In this document: in pieces, positions 22,109-35,863 of the stretch | Position numbering within the stretch: position 1 is the stretch's first letter | Layout of the letters: the number at the start of each line of letters is the position of its first letter | Assembly: GCA_964187785.1 (NCBI GenBank) | Contig: OZ076409.1 | Span: forward strand, 53,880,001 to 53,944,000 | Direction: 5' to 3' | DNA from: Amphiscolops sp. MND2022 | Taxonomy: Eukaryota | Length of the DNA stretch: 64,000 bases | Notes under the pieces: model-generated | What the model was told of the DNA's origin: nothing | Databases searched by the model: none | Seen by the model: the letters and a program-made list of their open reading frames with translations, nothing else | Program-made: the position numbers and the translations under genes

Positions 22109-22955
22109 ATCAATAAAGAATTTCGGATTTCAACAATGAATTGAATATCGCGGTAATGTGAACAGTGATTGTAAGTGTATTGAATGAATCCTCTCTTATT
22201 GGAAACGTACATATATATACCAACTACTGCATGACGCTCAATATTTAGGGTGTCATTTATCAGAATTAGTCATGATGTCATTGTCTAAAATAGCATCTTC
22301 TAAAAATAGACTAATAGGGTCAAATTAACCTTACGTCATTTGCCCTATTAACTATAAATAGCAACAACAACAATTTGATTCTAATAGCTACATGTTAACA
22401 GCAACAATATATGCGTTCAAAATGATATTAAGCTAAATGGACCAATGGTCATTGTGGCGGCAGTATAATACTGGCTACTGCAATGTGATTGGTCAAAAGT
22501 AGTTCGGACAACGCGTCAACTTGACGGCAACGCTGTACCAGTTGAACGCGTTTCCTGTATATTGTCAGCTTACAGCATCAATTGATTAATCATTAATCCA
22601 ACTTTGTCAATAGCAACAAACAATTTACTACAGGTCTGTGTGAAATACTAGTTCACAACAGGTAAGGTTTATCGTGAGTAATGCTACATGTCATTTATGA
22701 CGGTAAAAATACAAGTAGGCGTTTGCCGTCGGTCTGACCTTAGGTCACAATATATAAAGTAAATGCGCACAGTGACTAAATTAAGCAACGAAACAGTAAG
22801 ATATTGACATGTATAGTAAAATAATGGTATTCGTGAATGTTTTAATTGAGTTCTGAGTTCTACCTATATTGGGAGGACACCTGAGCCGGGAACGTTTGAG
22901 TCATCTTCAGGGGTGATCTGATATAGTAGACCGTCGCAGGCGGCAGCCTCCGACA
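21463..22955 (-). repeat. 5' LTR of element 1 (1493 bp); contains the gag ATG (22108) and a TATA-like run near 22211-22219
   Basis: Direct repeat of 2901-4386, followed by TSD CTGAT. Confidence 0.95.
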
Positions 22956-25129
22956 CTGATTTTTGCTTTAATGCGACAAATTACTTATCTTTGTCACTCC
23001 ATGATGGCTCTTCATCAGAAAGATATGCGCTAAGCAACGTATTGGCACTCACTGTTGCAATATCAGACACTATAAGAAATTAATGTTATAAAATTATAAA
23101 GTGATGATGTCCGTTTCTACAAGAGATCATGATTTCTGTCCCTGGATGATCACCGGAGGTAATCTTCTGCCACAATGCGACACTTTAAGTGCTCCAATAT
23201 GACATCGTGAAACCGTATTATTACAATTTTGTCCTTGCAGGAGAATGAATTTTCAATATGATGGAGCAAGCCAGGAACGGCCCAAGTCGTTGCCCCACTC
23301 AAAGATAACATCCAAACTTTTTAAATTTGCGAAGGGATTCGCATAAAACTGGAGAACCTCTATTTTCCCAACTGGGAACATCAAAAAACTGATTTTGCAT
23401 CTCATGTAATCTCATGAGATCAGTCAAGAACCAAATCCGATTTGTTAATCTTGTGCAAGGTCCAGGTATTTGCCTCGATTTCGACCCAATCTCAATTACA
23501 ATAATTGATAGACGCAAAGACAATGATTTCTCGAATTTTTATGTGGATACTCTCCTTCTCGCAGTATTCACTTAGACTGTTACCTTTCATTGCCCACTTC
23601 GGTCTTGAGCGTCCTAAGGAAGCCGGGAATGTGGAAAAAATTACGCTGAATTGATCTCTCAGTCGGAGAACCACGGGTTTTCCAGAAGCGTCTAGAATGG
23701 GTATTTGTGCCTAGCGCGAGATTGATATTGTCTTAAAATAAATTTCCAATTGTTCCGTCAAGTTGATCATGAAACCATTTATTTCCAATTCGAAAACAAT
23801 TTTAGTGAAAATATTGAAAAAGCTCTGGTTGAAATTTCGAAGAAAGAGAATCACCCTGCTCGGTGAATGAAAAGCCTGAAACATCTAGTGTTCAAAGAGA
23901 CAGCAAGGCTCAGTTGTCAGAAAAAGACTTCCAATATATAACATACGAAATCGAGAATGGACGGTGAAGAGAATCAAAGATAATGACGATACCCAGAAGC
24001 ATCTTCTAAAGTTGACAGCAAATAACCGCGAAAATCGATAGTTTAAACTGAAACGTCAGTTTATAACTTTTGTGTCGAAAGAACAGACAATTTCAACGCT
24101 TTTTTTGAAATCTGTTTGCTATATTCGATTTTTTTATATTGTAAACGTTAGACCAGATCTCACGCTCGTGCCTTCAAACCACACAACCTACCCTCTAGGC
24201 CAAATATTAAGTGTTCGTGTACGTGTAAGTAAGTAGTTTCAGTAGTTTCTACCGGAAAATTTTGAAGAAAAAATGCTATCCAAAAGAACCAATTTGAAAC
24301 TAAGGATTTTCAGTTTCCGAAATGTACATGCTTAACTTCGATTAGAAATCATTAGATATAGCAGTTTGAGAGCATGTCTGGTTGTTTTACATTTCCAATT
24401 ATAGTTGCGGATATCAGAACAGCAAGTTCAGAAGCAAGAGTCCGAGTAGTAAGGTCCGAACTTACGTTCTGAAGGCTCCTGTTTCAACATTGACGAGCTA
24501 TGTAGTGTTTCATACTGTTACGGTCCCACTTGCACATTTTGGCATACAGTTTCACTCAGTTTTACAGTTTTGAAAAAACCTAGAGGCACGAAAAGTTGGT
24601 TGTAATGCTGGACCAATTTTTTTTAATTCATAAAAAGGTGACTCTTGCAAACTCGTGCAATTTCGACTTGAAAGTTTGTGGTAAATGTAGCGTGATGAAA
24701 CGTGCCTGATAATTACAGTGACGACATCGCCCGACCACAGAATTTATACGTAGTGTCCATTTTTCAACAGAGTTGATCACGCCGCCACTCAGCCTGGTGG
24801 TTTGGATGCGTGCTTCACAGTTCGGTTCACCAGCACTGAATCCATTCCACCGAGAACTAAAATTTTTACCTAGAAAACTTGACGGGTTGAGAATCCTTTG
24901 GGGAACTTTCGGCACTATCAGACTTTTTCCGAATACAATAACTTTTCGATTATTCATTTTCACAAATTTGGTTCTTTAATATTTTCAGTTCCGCCCTTTC
25001 CGATATTTTTGGCACTTGGAAATCCATTAGAAGCTCCTTAAAAGCCACCTTGAACGAAAAAATGCACCGAAAAATAAATGATATTCTTGTCAAAGAAAAA
25101 TCCATCAGTGGACGGTCTTATACAAAAGT

Positions 25130-25533
25130 GCACTTATTTGGATTGGAGTTGATCATCTGTTGCTTTTAGGGCAAAAAGCAATTATGGCGTTAAACATGGA
25201 CTTCAAGGGCGACACTAAGTCATTACCAAGTGCATGATTTGCGGATAAAACAAGAAGTTGACCGATTGAAGCAACATCAAGGAAAGTCTTATCCCGAAAC
25301 ATTCCAAAAAAACTGTAATGTGGAAGCTGCTAGAAAAACAAAACAGCGAGCTCTGAAGCCCCTTGGTTTTTTCAACAAAAACGAAAAAAGACAGTATCAT
25401 TCATAGAAAAACAAAAGACGATCAGCTGAAAACTTGCATTGACAGGACTTGGCAGAGGATCGTTTGGAAAAAAGTTTTATTTACTGACAAAACGATGTTT
25501 AGCTAAGTCGGGCATGAAAATCGGACATCAAAC
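25130..25533 (+). pseudogene. Tc1/mariner-like transposase remnant, 5' part (interrupted by element 2)
   Basis: WKKVLFTDKTMF resembles the first catalytic-D motif W..V.FSDE. The C-terminal part resumes after 43350. Confidence 0.55.
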
Positions 25534-25948
25534 TGTGATGCCATGATGCATGTCCTCAAAGATTCTATAAATCTGAAATACTCTGAACTCTTAACCAAAG
25601 TAATTAGTAAATGTAATCTCATTTGAAAGCTAATTATACTAGAAGAACCTTCATTTAATATATCCTGTAACAAGCTTCCTAGATTCATCCTGTTGCTGTC
25701 ACATTGTTAATTGATGAAACCTACCCTAGTTAATAGAATATATCTACTCGGAGAAATTGAGAATTCATCCTGACGATCGGTCTTCTCTCCAGCACTTCCA
25801 GAACTGAGATCTCAGAAATAGATTGTACTTAGAACCAGCTAGCTACAAGGTATAAAATAAGACGAATCTGCTGTTAAAATCTTAGACTTCTTATGTCAGT
25901 AATAAAACATCTAAAAGAAACAACCACAACGTTTTTTAACAGCTCAAT
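25534..25948 (+). repeat. 5' LTR of element 2 (3' boundary uncertain)
   Basis: Starts TGTGATG and matches the 3' LTR up to 25896. AATAAA at 25901 and PBS-like TGGTGCGACC at ~25949 suggest it extends further. Confidence 0.8.
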
Positions 25949-26140
25949 TGGTGCGACCAAGAAAATTCTTCTTTCTCTCCCATTCACTTCACAATTCTAC
26001 AATTGTTGTACACCTTTTCTCGACTTTCTCATTCGATATTTTTTTGTTCGACAAACGGTTTCTCCACCTCTCAATATCGCCTACCGTTATTAACTTCAAC
26101 GTTGCAACCAATTTCTATTTGAAAATGATTCGTGTTGCTA

Positions 26141-26281
26141 TGGTTCTGACTACGTCCTTCCACGTAATTCCTGTCAGTCACATTTCTTGGTTCTGACTGC
26201 GTTTCTCAACGTAATTCCTGTCAGTCATATTTCTTGGTTCTGACTACGTTTCTTAGCGTAATTCCTGTCAGTTAATATTCT
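26141..26281 (+). repeat. 3 x 47-bp tandem repeat in the element 2 leader
   Basis: Units TGGTTCTGACTACGT...CGTAATTCCTGTCAGTCA start at 26141, 26188 and 26235. Confidence 0.9.
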
Positions 26282-27406
26282 CGTTCCAACCACCTCTGAG
26301 TGAATTCGTGTTGGCTTTCTCTCTTTCTTCCGTTCCAACCGCAGACGTGCGATACGTGTTGGCCCTTCTACAGTGCTATCCAGCGATTCCTGCTAGTAAA
26401 AAACTCTTTGGTTCTAGCCGCTCGGATCAACTTTAAAGTTGGCACACCTATATAACATATATTTTTTACATAATATCATTTTAACACTTTTCTTTCTCTC
26501 TCTTCTATAGTACAAACAACATACAAAACTCTTTCAAATCTAGCTTACGGATCCAAATACATAACAATAAAATATATGCCACACATATCACAAATTTTTT
26601 TATATAACTTTCATTTTTTCATACACTTATATAACAAATTTTTATACAACCTCTTTGACACACTCTTAATAGAACTTTATTGTACATGCCGCCTTCAGTA
26701 GACACTGTAGTTCAGCTCATTGTCTGCTTTTGGTTCTTTGTTGCTATCGTTGCCGGTCTTGCACTTTTTCTTGACAAATTCTTAATTTCATTCATACCAA
26801 AATTTTGAAGTACAACCTTTTTCTTCTATGTTAACAAGTATAGTACTACCTCTTTTTGGACTGCTTAGTGTTTACCAAAACTTTTATACACTTATCCAAT
26901 ATATACAAAACCCATTTCTTTTTTTCATAAGTACAGCACTTACAATTTTCTTACAAGTTGTATTCATAGACCAACTCTTACCATATAATTCACAATTCAA
27001 TACAAAATATCTTTTTTTTCCAATACATCTATCCTTTATGGCAATCTTATTATACTAACTAAACTGTATACCATATAATGCTTCCCACTCCATTTACATT
27101 AACTACAGAAAAAAGACAAAATCGATACAAGATGTAACACCTTTTCTAAATAACATCATCTTTCAGTACACAAATCCACTTCCATTCGAAAAAGAACCCC
27201 ATACAGTACAAACTATTCCATTAGCACGAGAACATTGTGATTTTTATCTTTATTACATTCGATAAAAAACACTTGAAATAACACCATCACAAACCCCTTT
27301 TCAAGATATTTTTAACCCAGTTAGAGGAATAAGCTCTGGAAAATTTTATAGAACCATACACCCACAAATTATTACACTTTCTATACAAGATGTTTTTCAC
27401 ACATAC

Positions 27407-30198
27407 ATGCAAAAACTCATTGAATTCAATGAAAACCAAAACACACCACTTTATCGTCCTTCCCACCTACAAGAACTAAGACACAGATCTGAATATTTCG
27501 AGGTCCCCGATCTTGACACAAAAGTTCAAAGACATGATAACCCTCATTATTGGCTACAACGAGATATTTTACAAATAAAAATTTTTCAATACAAATTCTT
27601 TAACAACATTATCCTTACGGATGACACTATACCTCAAGTCAAAATTTTTACCCAATTTCTATTAAAGTTTCTTAGATTTAACTATCAACTACTTTGGGAA
27701 CAAAAAGATCAACAAGCTTACATTAACTTCCCTCAAAGACTAACACATATAGAACTTTTACCATACATCATAAAAAATGAAAACAAACATTTACACTAAA
27801 GAGATCTTACATCATTTAATGTTACACATTTTGAACAAATAAACTTAGATCACAACTTTTTGCTTGAACATTCTGAAACATCAGATAACCGACCTTTTAT
27901 TACATCCGATACTTCTCATGAAATAACTCCTGTGATACAAACCTCTAACGTTGAACCTTTATATACGAGACAACAATCAGAACAATCAGAACAAGAAGCC
28001 CTTGCTAACCTTTTTCAAAATTCTGATCCTCCTCAAGAACAACCACTATACCCACCACTATCACAAATCTCAGATATACAACAACCAAATCCTTCTGAAA
28101 CAACTACAATTCATGATACATCAGAATTCTCTGAAGAAACTGTACAAAATACACAAAGTTTCACAATAACTGATGATTCAAATCTTATACTAATTCCTAC
28201 ACACAATATCACACAAAACGAATATAACAACCAAAATCAAGACAACACTTTAACTACAAATCCAGACAATAGCTCTGTTTTATCTACATCCAATACTAAT
28301 ATTACACAACCCTCTCAGATACAAGTACCATCTCCTCGAAATTATAATCCACCTTCTGTTCCAACTCAATTCTCAACTCAGATAAACACCCATATTTCTC
28401 CTCAACAAAGCTCATCAAATACACACAATATTACACAGAACACTAATACAGTACATTTTCAAACACCAACTCCACCATCACCTTCTGAAAAACAAACTTC
28501 AACTTATACTCCAGCTCAAACTAACCCAGTACAAACTTCACAACCTACCTTAAATATTAACACCATTCATTCCAACCCATCCTTTAATTATACCACTGCC
28601 AGACATCTTTCTCGACCTCCATTACAAACTATATTAACTAATCCATTATCGTACAGTCTTACCAGTACTAATCCAAGTCATACACAACAATCTCAGATAA
28701 ATTACAACACATCCAATCCATTAAATACTCTTTCTTCTCAACATACATCTAATACAATCACACCTACATTACAAACTTCTCAATTTCAAAACCAAATCCT
28801 CCTTCAACAACAATTAGAACCAACCCTCACTTTCATAACACTTCTACTACTTCCTTAACTAATATTTCAAATAATCCTACTTACAATACAACACCACCAT
28901 CTACTATATCTCATAATACTATGTCACACCCAACATATATTAATTCTTCTACTTCTATACCAGAACCCATTAAACCTTTTGATGGACTAGATCATAATTT
29001 TACACCTGGAGAATATTTACAACATATTGAGGCACGTGTTACATTTTCCTTAGGTTTACAACCAACATCAGAACATGAATATATATTTTGGCACGCTTGC
29101 CGCATGGCTTTCATACAATGCTCTTTAACAGGTACAGCACTTAGTTGGTACATTCGTTTAAATGACACCTATAAACATGATTGGCACGCTTTTGTACAAG
29201 CTTTCAAAAAACATTTTCCTCACAAAAAAACGCTTACTATGCTCAAGTTGAAGCCCTTAATTTAACCAAAAAAGGTAATGAAACAGTTCGTCATTTTGCA
29301 CTCAAAGTTCAACAGCTGGTTGAAAAAGGCTGGTGTAATGAGAATGCATCCACTATTAACCTTAAATGTAATGAAATCTTTACAAAAGGACTTCCAAAAA
29401 ATCCTAAAGACTTTGCAAACAAAAGACAAGTAAAACACACGTCCACTGTTTTAGAACCTTCAATTCCTTTTCATACATTAGTAAATCTTGTTGACGCTGA
29501 AGATTTTGCAAACGACAAAATCAGAACACATGACCTTGCACTTGAATTTAATAATATTACAAAACAATTGAACACTCAAACTCTTGACCCTTCATCTCAA
29601 GAACAACTTATGTTTACACAACCCAAAGATCCAAATAACAAAAATAAACCTGCATATAAGAAATATTGATCATACTGCCATAGAACAAATCATTCCATTT
29701 CTGCTTGTTTCAAAAAACAACGAGATGATGAAGATAAACGAGAAGCATATGCTCGATCTAAATCTCCACAAAAATCATAGGTACAGTACTTCCGTTCTCC
29801 TTCCAATGATAGAACAAAACACTATGATAATCGATACCGAAATCGAAGTACTTCACGAGACAACTCTCACAACAAAAACTATTCACAAAATCTATACCGT
29901 TCTACACCTAGAGATAGAGATAGATTTAGTTTTGACAAAAGTACTACTCCTCCACACCACTCTAGATCACGATATGATACATACAAACGTGATTCCCGGT
30001 CCTACCGTTCTCCCTACAGATCTTCATACAGATCCCCATATCGACTCAACTCTCGTCCTAGATACAGATCACGCTTATATTCCAGAGACAACAAATTCAC
30101 AAAATATACAAATTTATACAGACCACCTTCAAGACCAAGAGACTCTAGATTTTCTAGATCTCGCTCACACTCCAATTCCAGAAGCAAAATTAAAATGA
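27407..30198 (+). pseudogene. gag: gag region of element 2 (S/T/P/Q-rich N-terminus with YPPL, capsid-like core, CCHC knuckle, RS-rich tail), fragmented
   Basis: IKPFDG...YLQHIEAR...LTGTALSWY capsid-type motifs. *SYCHRTNHSISAC knuckle whose first Cys codon is TGA. RSRY/RSPY-rich run at ~29750-30190. Confidence 0.75.
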
Positions 30199-33100
30199 TA
30201 CAACAACAAGACCAATCTGACCCTATAAAATTTGAAGTACACATGTATCACCCAACAGCAATGGCAAATGCTTTCACACCTACAAGTTGGTTTTATACAT
30301 TATATGTACATACACCATCAAGTATTGTACAAAGAGACAACCCATCTAGATTGGAAATTGCATTCCTTCTAGATAGCGGTGCTTCCATTTCTGTATTAAA
30401 TTACCCAACATACAAAACTCTTACGAAACTCTTAGATATCAGTTCAAATCACACTTCTGATGTCGGACCAACTTGAAATTCCAAAACATTAACCGTTGCA
30501 AACCAAACTGAAGTTCCTATTTTACACTATGCAATTTTAATTTTGAACACTACTATTGATGAAAACTCTCGTTACTTTTCAGTACCTTTTGCAGTAGCTG
30601 ATATCAAATACAACATTCTTGGGACACCATTCCTTGAAGACAATATACAAAACATAAACATACAAGACTTTACACTCGAATTTAAATACCAATCAAAAAC
30701 ACACCCAAATTATGAAAAGTTCACAACACTCCTATCCAAAGATTATCCATACTTCTCTTACATTTATAGAATTAATTAAAAAACTCAAATACGTCTAAAA
30801 CCCAAGTCTTCAAAAAATGCACACTTTCCAATAAAAAATTATCATAACCTCCATTTTACAACTACACCACAAAACCACTTCTTCCCATCAGTACCTCATA
30901 CCTATTTTGCTACTAAATGTCGTACAAATTTCAATTTTATTGATATATTTACTGATGACAAACCAGATATTTGTGCAACTATCATCCAAAACACCTCAAA
31001 ACATGTTGCAACACTACCTACAGGACATATTGGATATATTGAAGTTCCAAATACTAATGAAAAACCCAAATTCTTCCAAGTTAATGATATTAATACTTTA
31101 ATACATAATATTACTTATACCTACCATCCTGAAATCACTGAACCACTTCCACAAACTAACTATATTGAACAATACGATGATCCTACAACCCCTCCTCCTC
31201 AATTCTCTTTACATCAAATTTATATGACAAACGATGACATTCCAAATCAAACTTCTCCTTTATATAACGTACAGCCTACTTCTCATACTTCCGAAAAACG
31301 CATTTTCCCTTCTCTACCATACACTTCTGAAAATCTGAATTTTTTTAGTAAATTTAACTTCCAATTTTCTGACCTTACAGACACCGAATACATTACTCTT
31401 TGCAATATGTTACTCAAGTACAAACCATGTTATGCAACTCATAAAAATGATGTTGGAAAAATTTCAACCCCCTTCCGTATTCGACTTAAACCTAATGCTC
31501 AACTTATGACACAACGTCCCTCCAAAGTCCCTATTCACTACCGAGAGAAACTTAATGTACTTCTCAAAGAACTCGAAAAATTTAACATTATCAAACAAAT
31601 TGGTTCCTCTCCACAAGACAAACCCGTTTATGGCACAACCTATTTAAATCCTCTCCAAATAATCCCCAAGGGAGATACCATAAAATGTGTATTAGACGCG
31701 CGACATCTCAACTCCAATACAGAACAATCTGACGAACCTTGGCCTATTGAACCTCTCGCTCCACAATTAGCACGCGCAAAGAAAAAGTACAAATCTGCTA
31801 TAGACCTTATGTATGCCTATGCACATACACCTCTTGATGAAGACACTATTAAACTTACCAGTTTCTCCTCAGGAGATAAACTCTTCGCTTTCATCCGAGG
31901 CTTTTATGGTCTTAAAGGACTCCCAAACTTCTTTACAAAACAAATGTCTTCTTTAAAACTCTTATAGAACAAGGTTTTGCTCTTGTCTACATTGACGATA
32001 TATTACTTTTATCTGACTCTAAAGAACACGTTTCAACTAATAGAACAATTACATTTTTTTAGTACAAAAAACAATCTTAAACTAGCCCCTGAAAAATCCT
32101 TTTTCATGCTTCTTAAAGACATATTTCTTGGACATGAAATTGGTTACAATACAATCAAACCAATCCATAAAATCCCTTCTCCAACTGGCAAAGTTGCCCT
32201 AATGAGTTTCATTGGCGCACTCAATTTTTACACCAAATTTATTGAAAAACTACGTATTAAACTCAAACCATTTTACGATCTTTTACATGAGAACACTCCT
32301 TGGAAGTGGACAGACGAACACGAAAGTCTTCTCCAAAAACATAAATGTCTCTTACTTCTGAAACAGACCTTACAATACCAAATACAAAACATCCATTTTT
32401 CATTACAGTTGACGCTTCCCTTATTGGATTAGGCGCGGTCTTATTCCAACAAAACAAAATGAAAGTTATATCGTACAAGTCTCGTATACTTAACCCACAA
32501 AAACAAAAACTCTCTACACTTGATAGAGAACTTCTTGCTGTAGTACATGCCCTCCAAATCTATGAATTTCTTATCATCGGTTCTCCCCATCCAATACACA
32601 TTTTTACTGATCACAAACCTTTATTACATTGTTTTACAAAGAAAGGTAACCTTAGTCCTCGTTTTTACAGAACTCAAATGCAGTTAACGAAATTTTCAAA
32701 ACTCAAAATAATTCACACTCCTGGAAAAAATCTCTCTGTTGCCGATATGTTAAGTCGCTCTTTTACAAAAGCTGAATTGCAACTCAACCAGTTAAAACAT
32801 AAACAACTTCCACCACAAATTGATTTTGCACTTCTACAAGATAACACTCTTAAACCTGTACATTACTTAAATAAACATGAAGAAATTTTTACCTTTTCAA
32901 ACCAAGTTCAAAACACCTATAAAAAAGAACAATAAAACCCTTCATCAACAATCTCTCTTACTCAATGATACTGACGTTACAAGCGATGACGAAATCATAT
33001 ATATACCAGAATTCCAAAATCTGACTCTTCTTTCCTACATGACACAACATTACAAACAGAAAACTATTCTACTCTTAACCAGTTAACCCGAAATACCTCA

Positions 33101-35115
33101 CAAAAATCTGTTTCTGCAATAAATGTACAACCAAATCTACCATCTCTCACACATTGTCCACAAATTATACCTTTCTATGATACATCATTTTTCAAGTACA
33201 AAAACTATTTTCAAGGTTTCTTCCCCCAGATGACTACTCATTAGACATAACAACACTTCAACAACAACAATCCCAAGACCCGGTTCTTAGAATTGTTTAT
33301 TCTTGGATTGTTGAAAATGAAAAACCTGCAACTCTAACACCCCTTATTACTGGCACTCCTTTTCTACATGCTTATTACAAACGATTTTCACAACTTTTTA
33401 TAGATGACTCCACAAATCTTATTAGCCTCTATAACAAACACCCTCCTGCTCAAAACCAATCTTCTACTCCAGATTTTGTACGCGCTACTATTCGACAATG
33501 TCTTCCATTTCGACTCTTCAAAACTGTTTTTAACAAACTTCATCAACACTCCCATACAGGCATCAAAATTACATATAATACATTCGCACAATATTACTAC
33601 ATGCCATTTGTTGAAAAATGGCTTTCCATTTTTATACATGACTGTATTGAATGTCAACGCAATAAACACTTCAACATGAAAATTCAAGCTGCTCCCACAC
33701 AATCCTTTTCAGAACATCTTTCAACTACCGCATTTCAATGGACACTAAAGGGACCTATTAATCCTCCTTCACACAACAAATCCTGTATACATGTCATAAT
33801 TGACGCCTTTAGCCACTTTGTCGTTACAGTACCCATCAAATCAAACAACGCAAAGACTGCTATCAAAACTCTCCTACACCATTGGATTATTAAATTTGGA
33901 CCACCCATATATCTTGTCACTGATCGTGGATCAGAATATGTTAATAAAGAAATGGCCCACCTTTGTACGCTTATGGGAATTCGTCATTCTCCTAGAACAG
34001 CTTACTCTCCTTGGACAAATGGCCTTGTCGAAGTACAAAACAGAAATCTTGGTACACATCTACGAATGTTCTTACATGACACACCTAAAGATTGGGCATT
34101 CCAAGTCCATATGTACGCTTATGCACATAATTCACAACCACTTTCAGAACTCAGTATTTCCCCTCATGAAATTGTTTTTCACACCAAACCCAAAATACCC
34201 CTTACGTTTGATTTAAATATTAATAGAGACACCTCTAAAGAATGTATTTCACGCTATTGCTCTCAACTTCCAGAACACTCCCACTATGATAAATCAGATC
34301 TTAATCCATTTTTTTATAGAACACTTTCAAAACCCATTCCCCATTAGTTTCTCGCCGTAGAAACTGCTATGTTACAATATTATTCTACAGTATACGAAAA
34401 CACTTTACGAAAAATCAATTCACACGCATATATTACAAAAACTTACCACGAAGGTAAACCCCTTCCTATTGGAACCTTTGTTTTAAAACGCAATTTTACA
34501 CACGTACATTTTTCTGACAAACTAAAACCCATTCGGATTGGACCATACAAAATTATTGATAGATTATCAGATGTTACATTTGAACTACTTGCACAAGATG
34601 GCTCTACAGTACATGTTCATAGAAATCATTCAATTCCATATTATCCAAAAGAACCACTCTTATATCCATATTTGCGTAGTTTCATGCGCTTTTCAGACAC
34701 AACTCAATTCCAAATTCCACAACCTACCAAATATGCAGACAGTGATTCTTCCCCTTTTAACTCAGACGAATCTTTATCAGACGAAGATTCTCAAACTTTC
34801 ATGACACCATCCACAACGAATGATTCTTCCCAAACATTTGTGACACCATCATCAATTAGTACGTCCAATCAAAATACACCATCTACAACATCCAATGATA
34901 AGTCTTTACCTTCCTCAACCAATGACAACTCATTATATAGACATATAATTAACACCCCTCACACTAATATCTCTAGTGACAGATCAAGACACCCCGCTAA
35001 CAATCAAACAACTTCACTTCCTCCTCTAATTGACAGAACCACTAAAACTACTTATAAACTACGACAACAACCCAAATTAGATTATAGACTTTTTATTACA
35101 CCCTCAAAACTGTAA
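30195..35115 (+). pseudogene. pol: pol of element 2, with multiple stops and frameshifts
   Basis: Protease FLLDSGAS; RT ALVYIDDILL (~31980); RNase H TVDAS...FTDHKPL; integrase CIECQ, IDAFSH, VTDRGSEY, NGLVE and GPY. Confidence 0.93.
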
Positions 35116-35863
35116 CCTCATCATTCTATCCGTTGGCTCACTCAAAATTAGTCACTACAGCTGAATGAAAGATAATCAATATCCAGTTATCTCAAAGATA
35201 ACCTGTTGAAAAAATTTCAAAAATCCTGGATTCTTCCTCTGATATATCTCCATCAGCTCCAAGTACTCCTTCTACTGCTGAATCTTCAGTATCAAACACT
35301 ACAAACTCTAGTAATGTAACTCCTACTACTCCTTCTAAAAGACCAAGATCATACGTTTCTGAAACAACCTCTTCATCACTCCTTCATAGACCACCTATAA
35401 CTGAAATACCTATAAACACTCGTACTCAAAAAACCCTATTAACACCCCTATAGTACACATACCAAACCCTGAAAGTGTTGAACAATACGTAATCTACAAA
35501 CATCCTACAGCTATCAAAACTGTTAGACTACAACCTCAACTTAATCTTGTACAAATCCCTGATACTGAATATACAAAATTACCTTCACTGAAATTACCAT
35601 CGGAACTTAGTACTACTCCTTCAAAACTTTATCCACCTTTAAAACCTCTTCGAAAACCTTCTACATCACTATCAAATCTCTTAGACAATCCATCTGAATA
35701 CACTCCATCACAAGATACAACAGGCTCACTTTTTGTACCACGCCATAGATATATTCTTCGAGATCTTCCTTCACGCAGACTTAGTACAGACACTTCTACA
35801 CTTAACCTATCTGCTCTTTCTAGCAATTCCACTTTAAGACTTCTACGACAACACGCACAACCG

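Larger units (their letters stand above)
2901..22955 (-). mobile_element. Full-length Ty3/Gypsy-type LTR retrotransposon (element 1) with extra genes and a nested insertion
   Basis: Two ~1.49-kb direct repeats with TGTCG...CGACA termini. 5-bp TSD CTGAT at 2896-2900 and 22956-22960. PBS, PPT, gag and PR-RT-RH-IN domain order present. Confidence 0.95.

Noticed and set aside
26141..26281. CRISPR-like array (also 7287-7530 and the 24-bp motif)
   Set aside because: Eukaryotic context, tandem units without unique spacers, and no cas genes.
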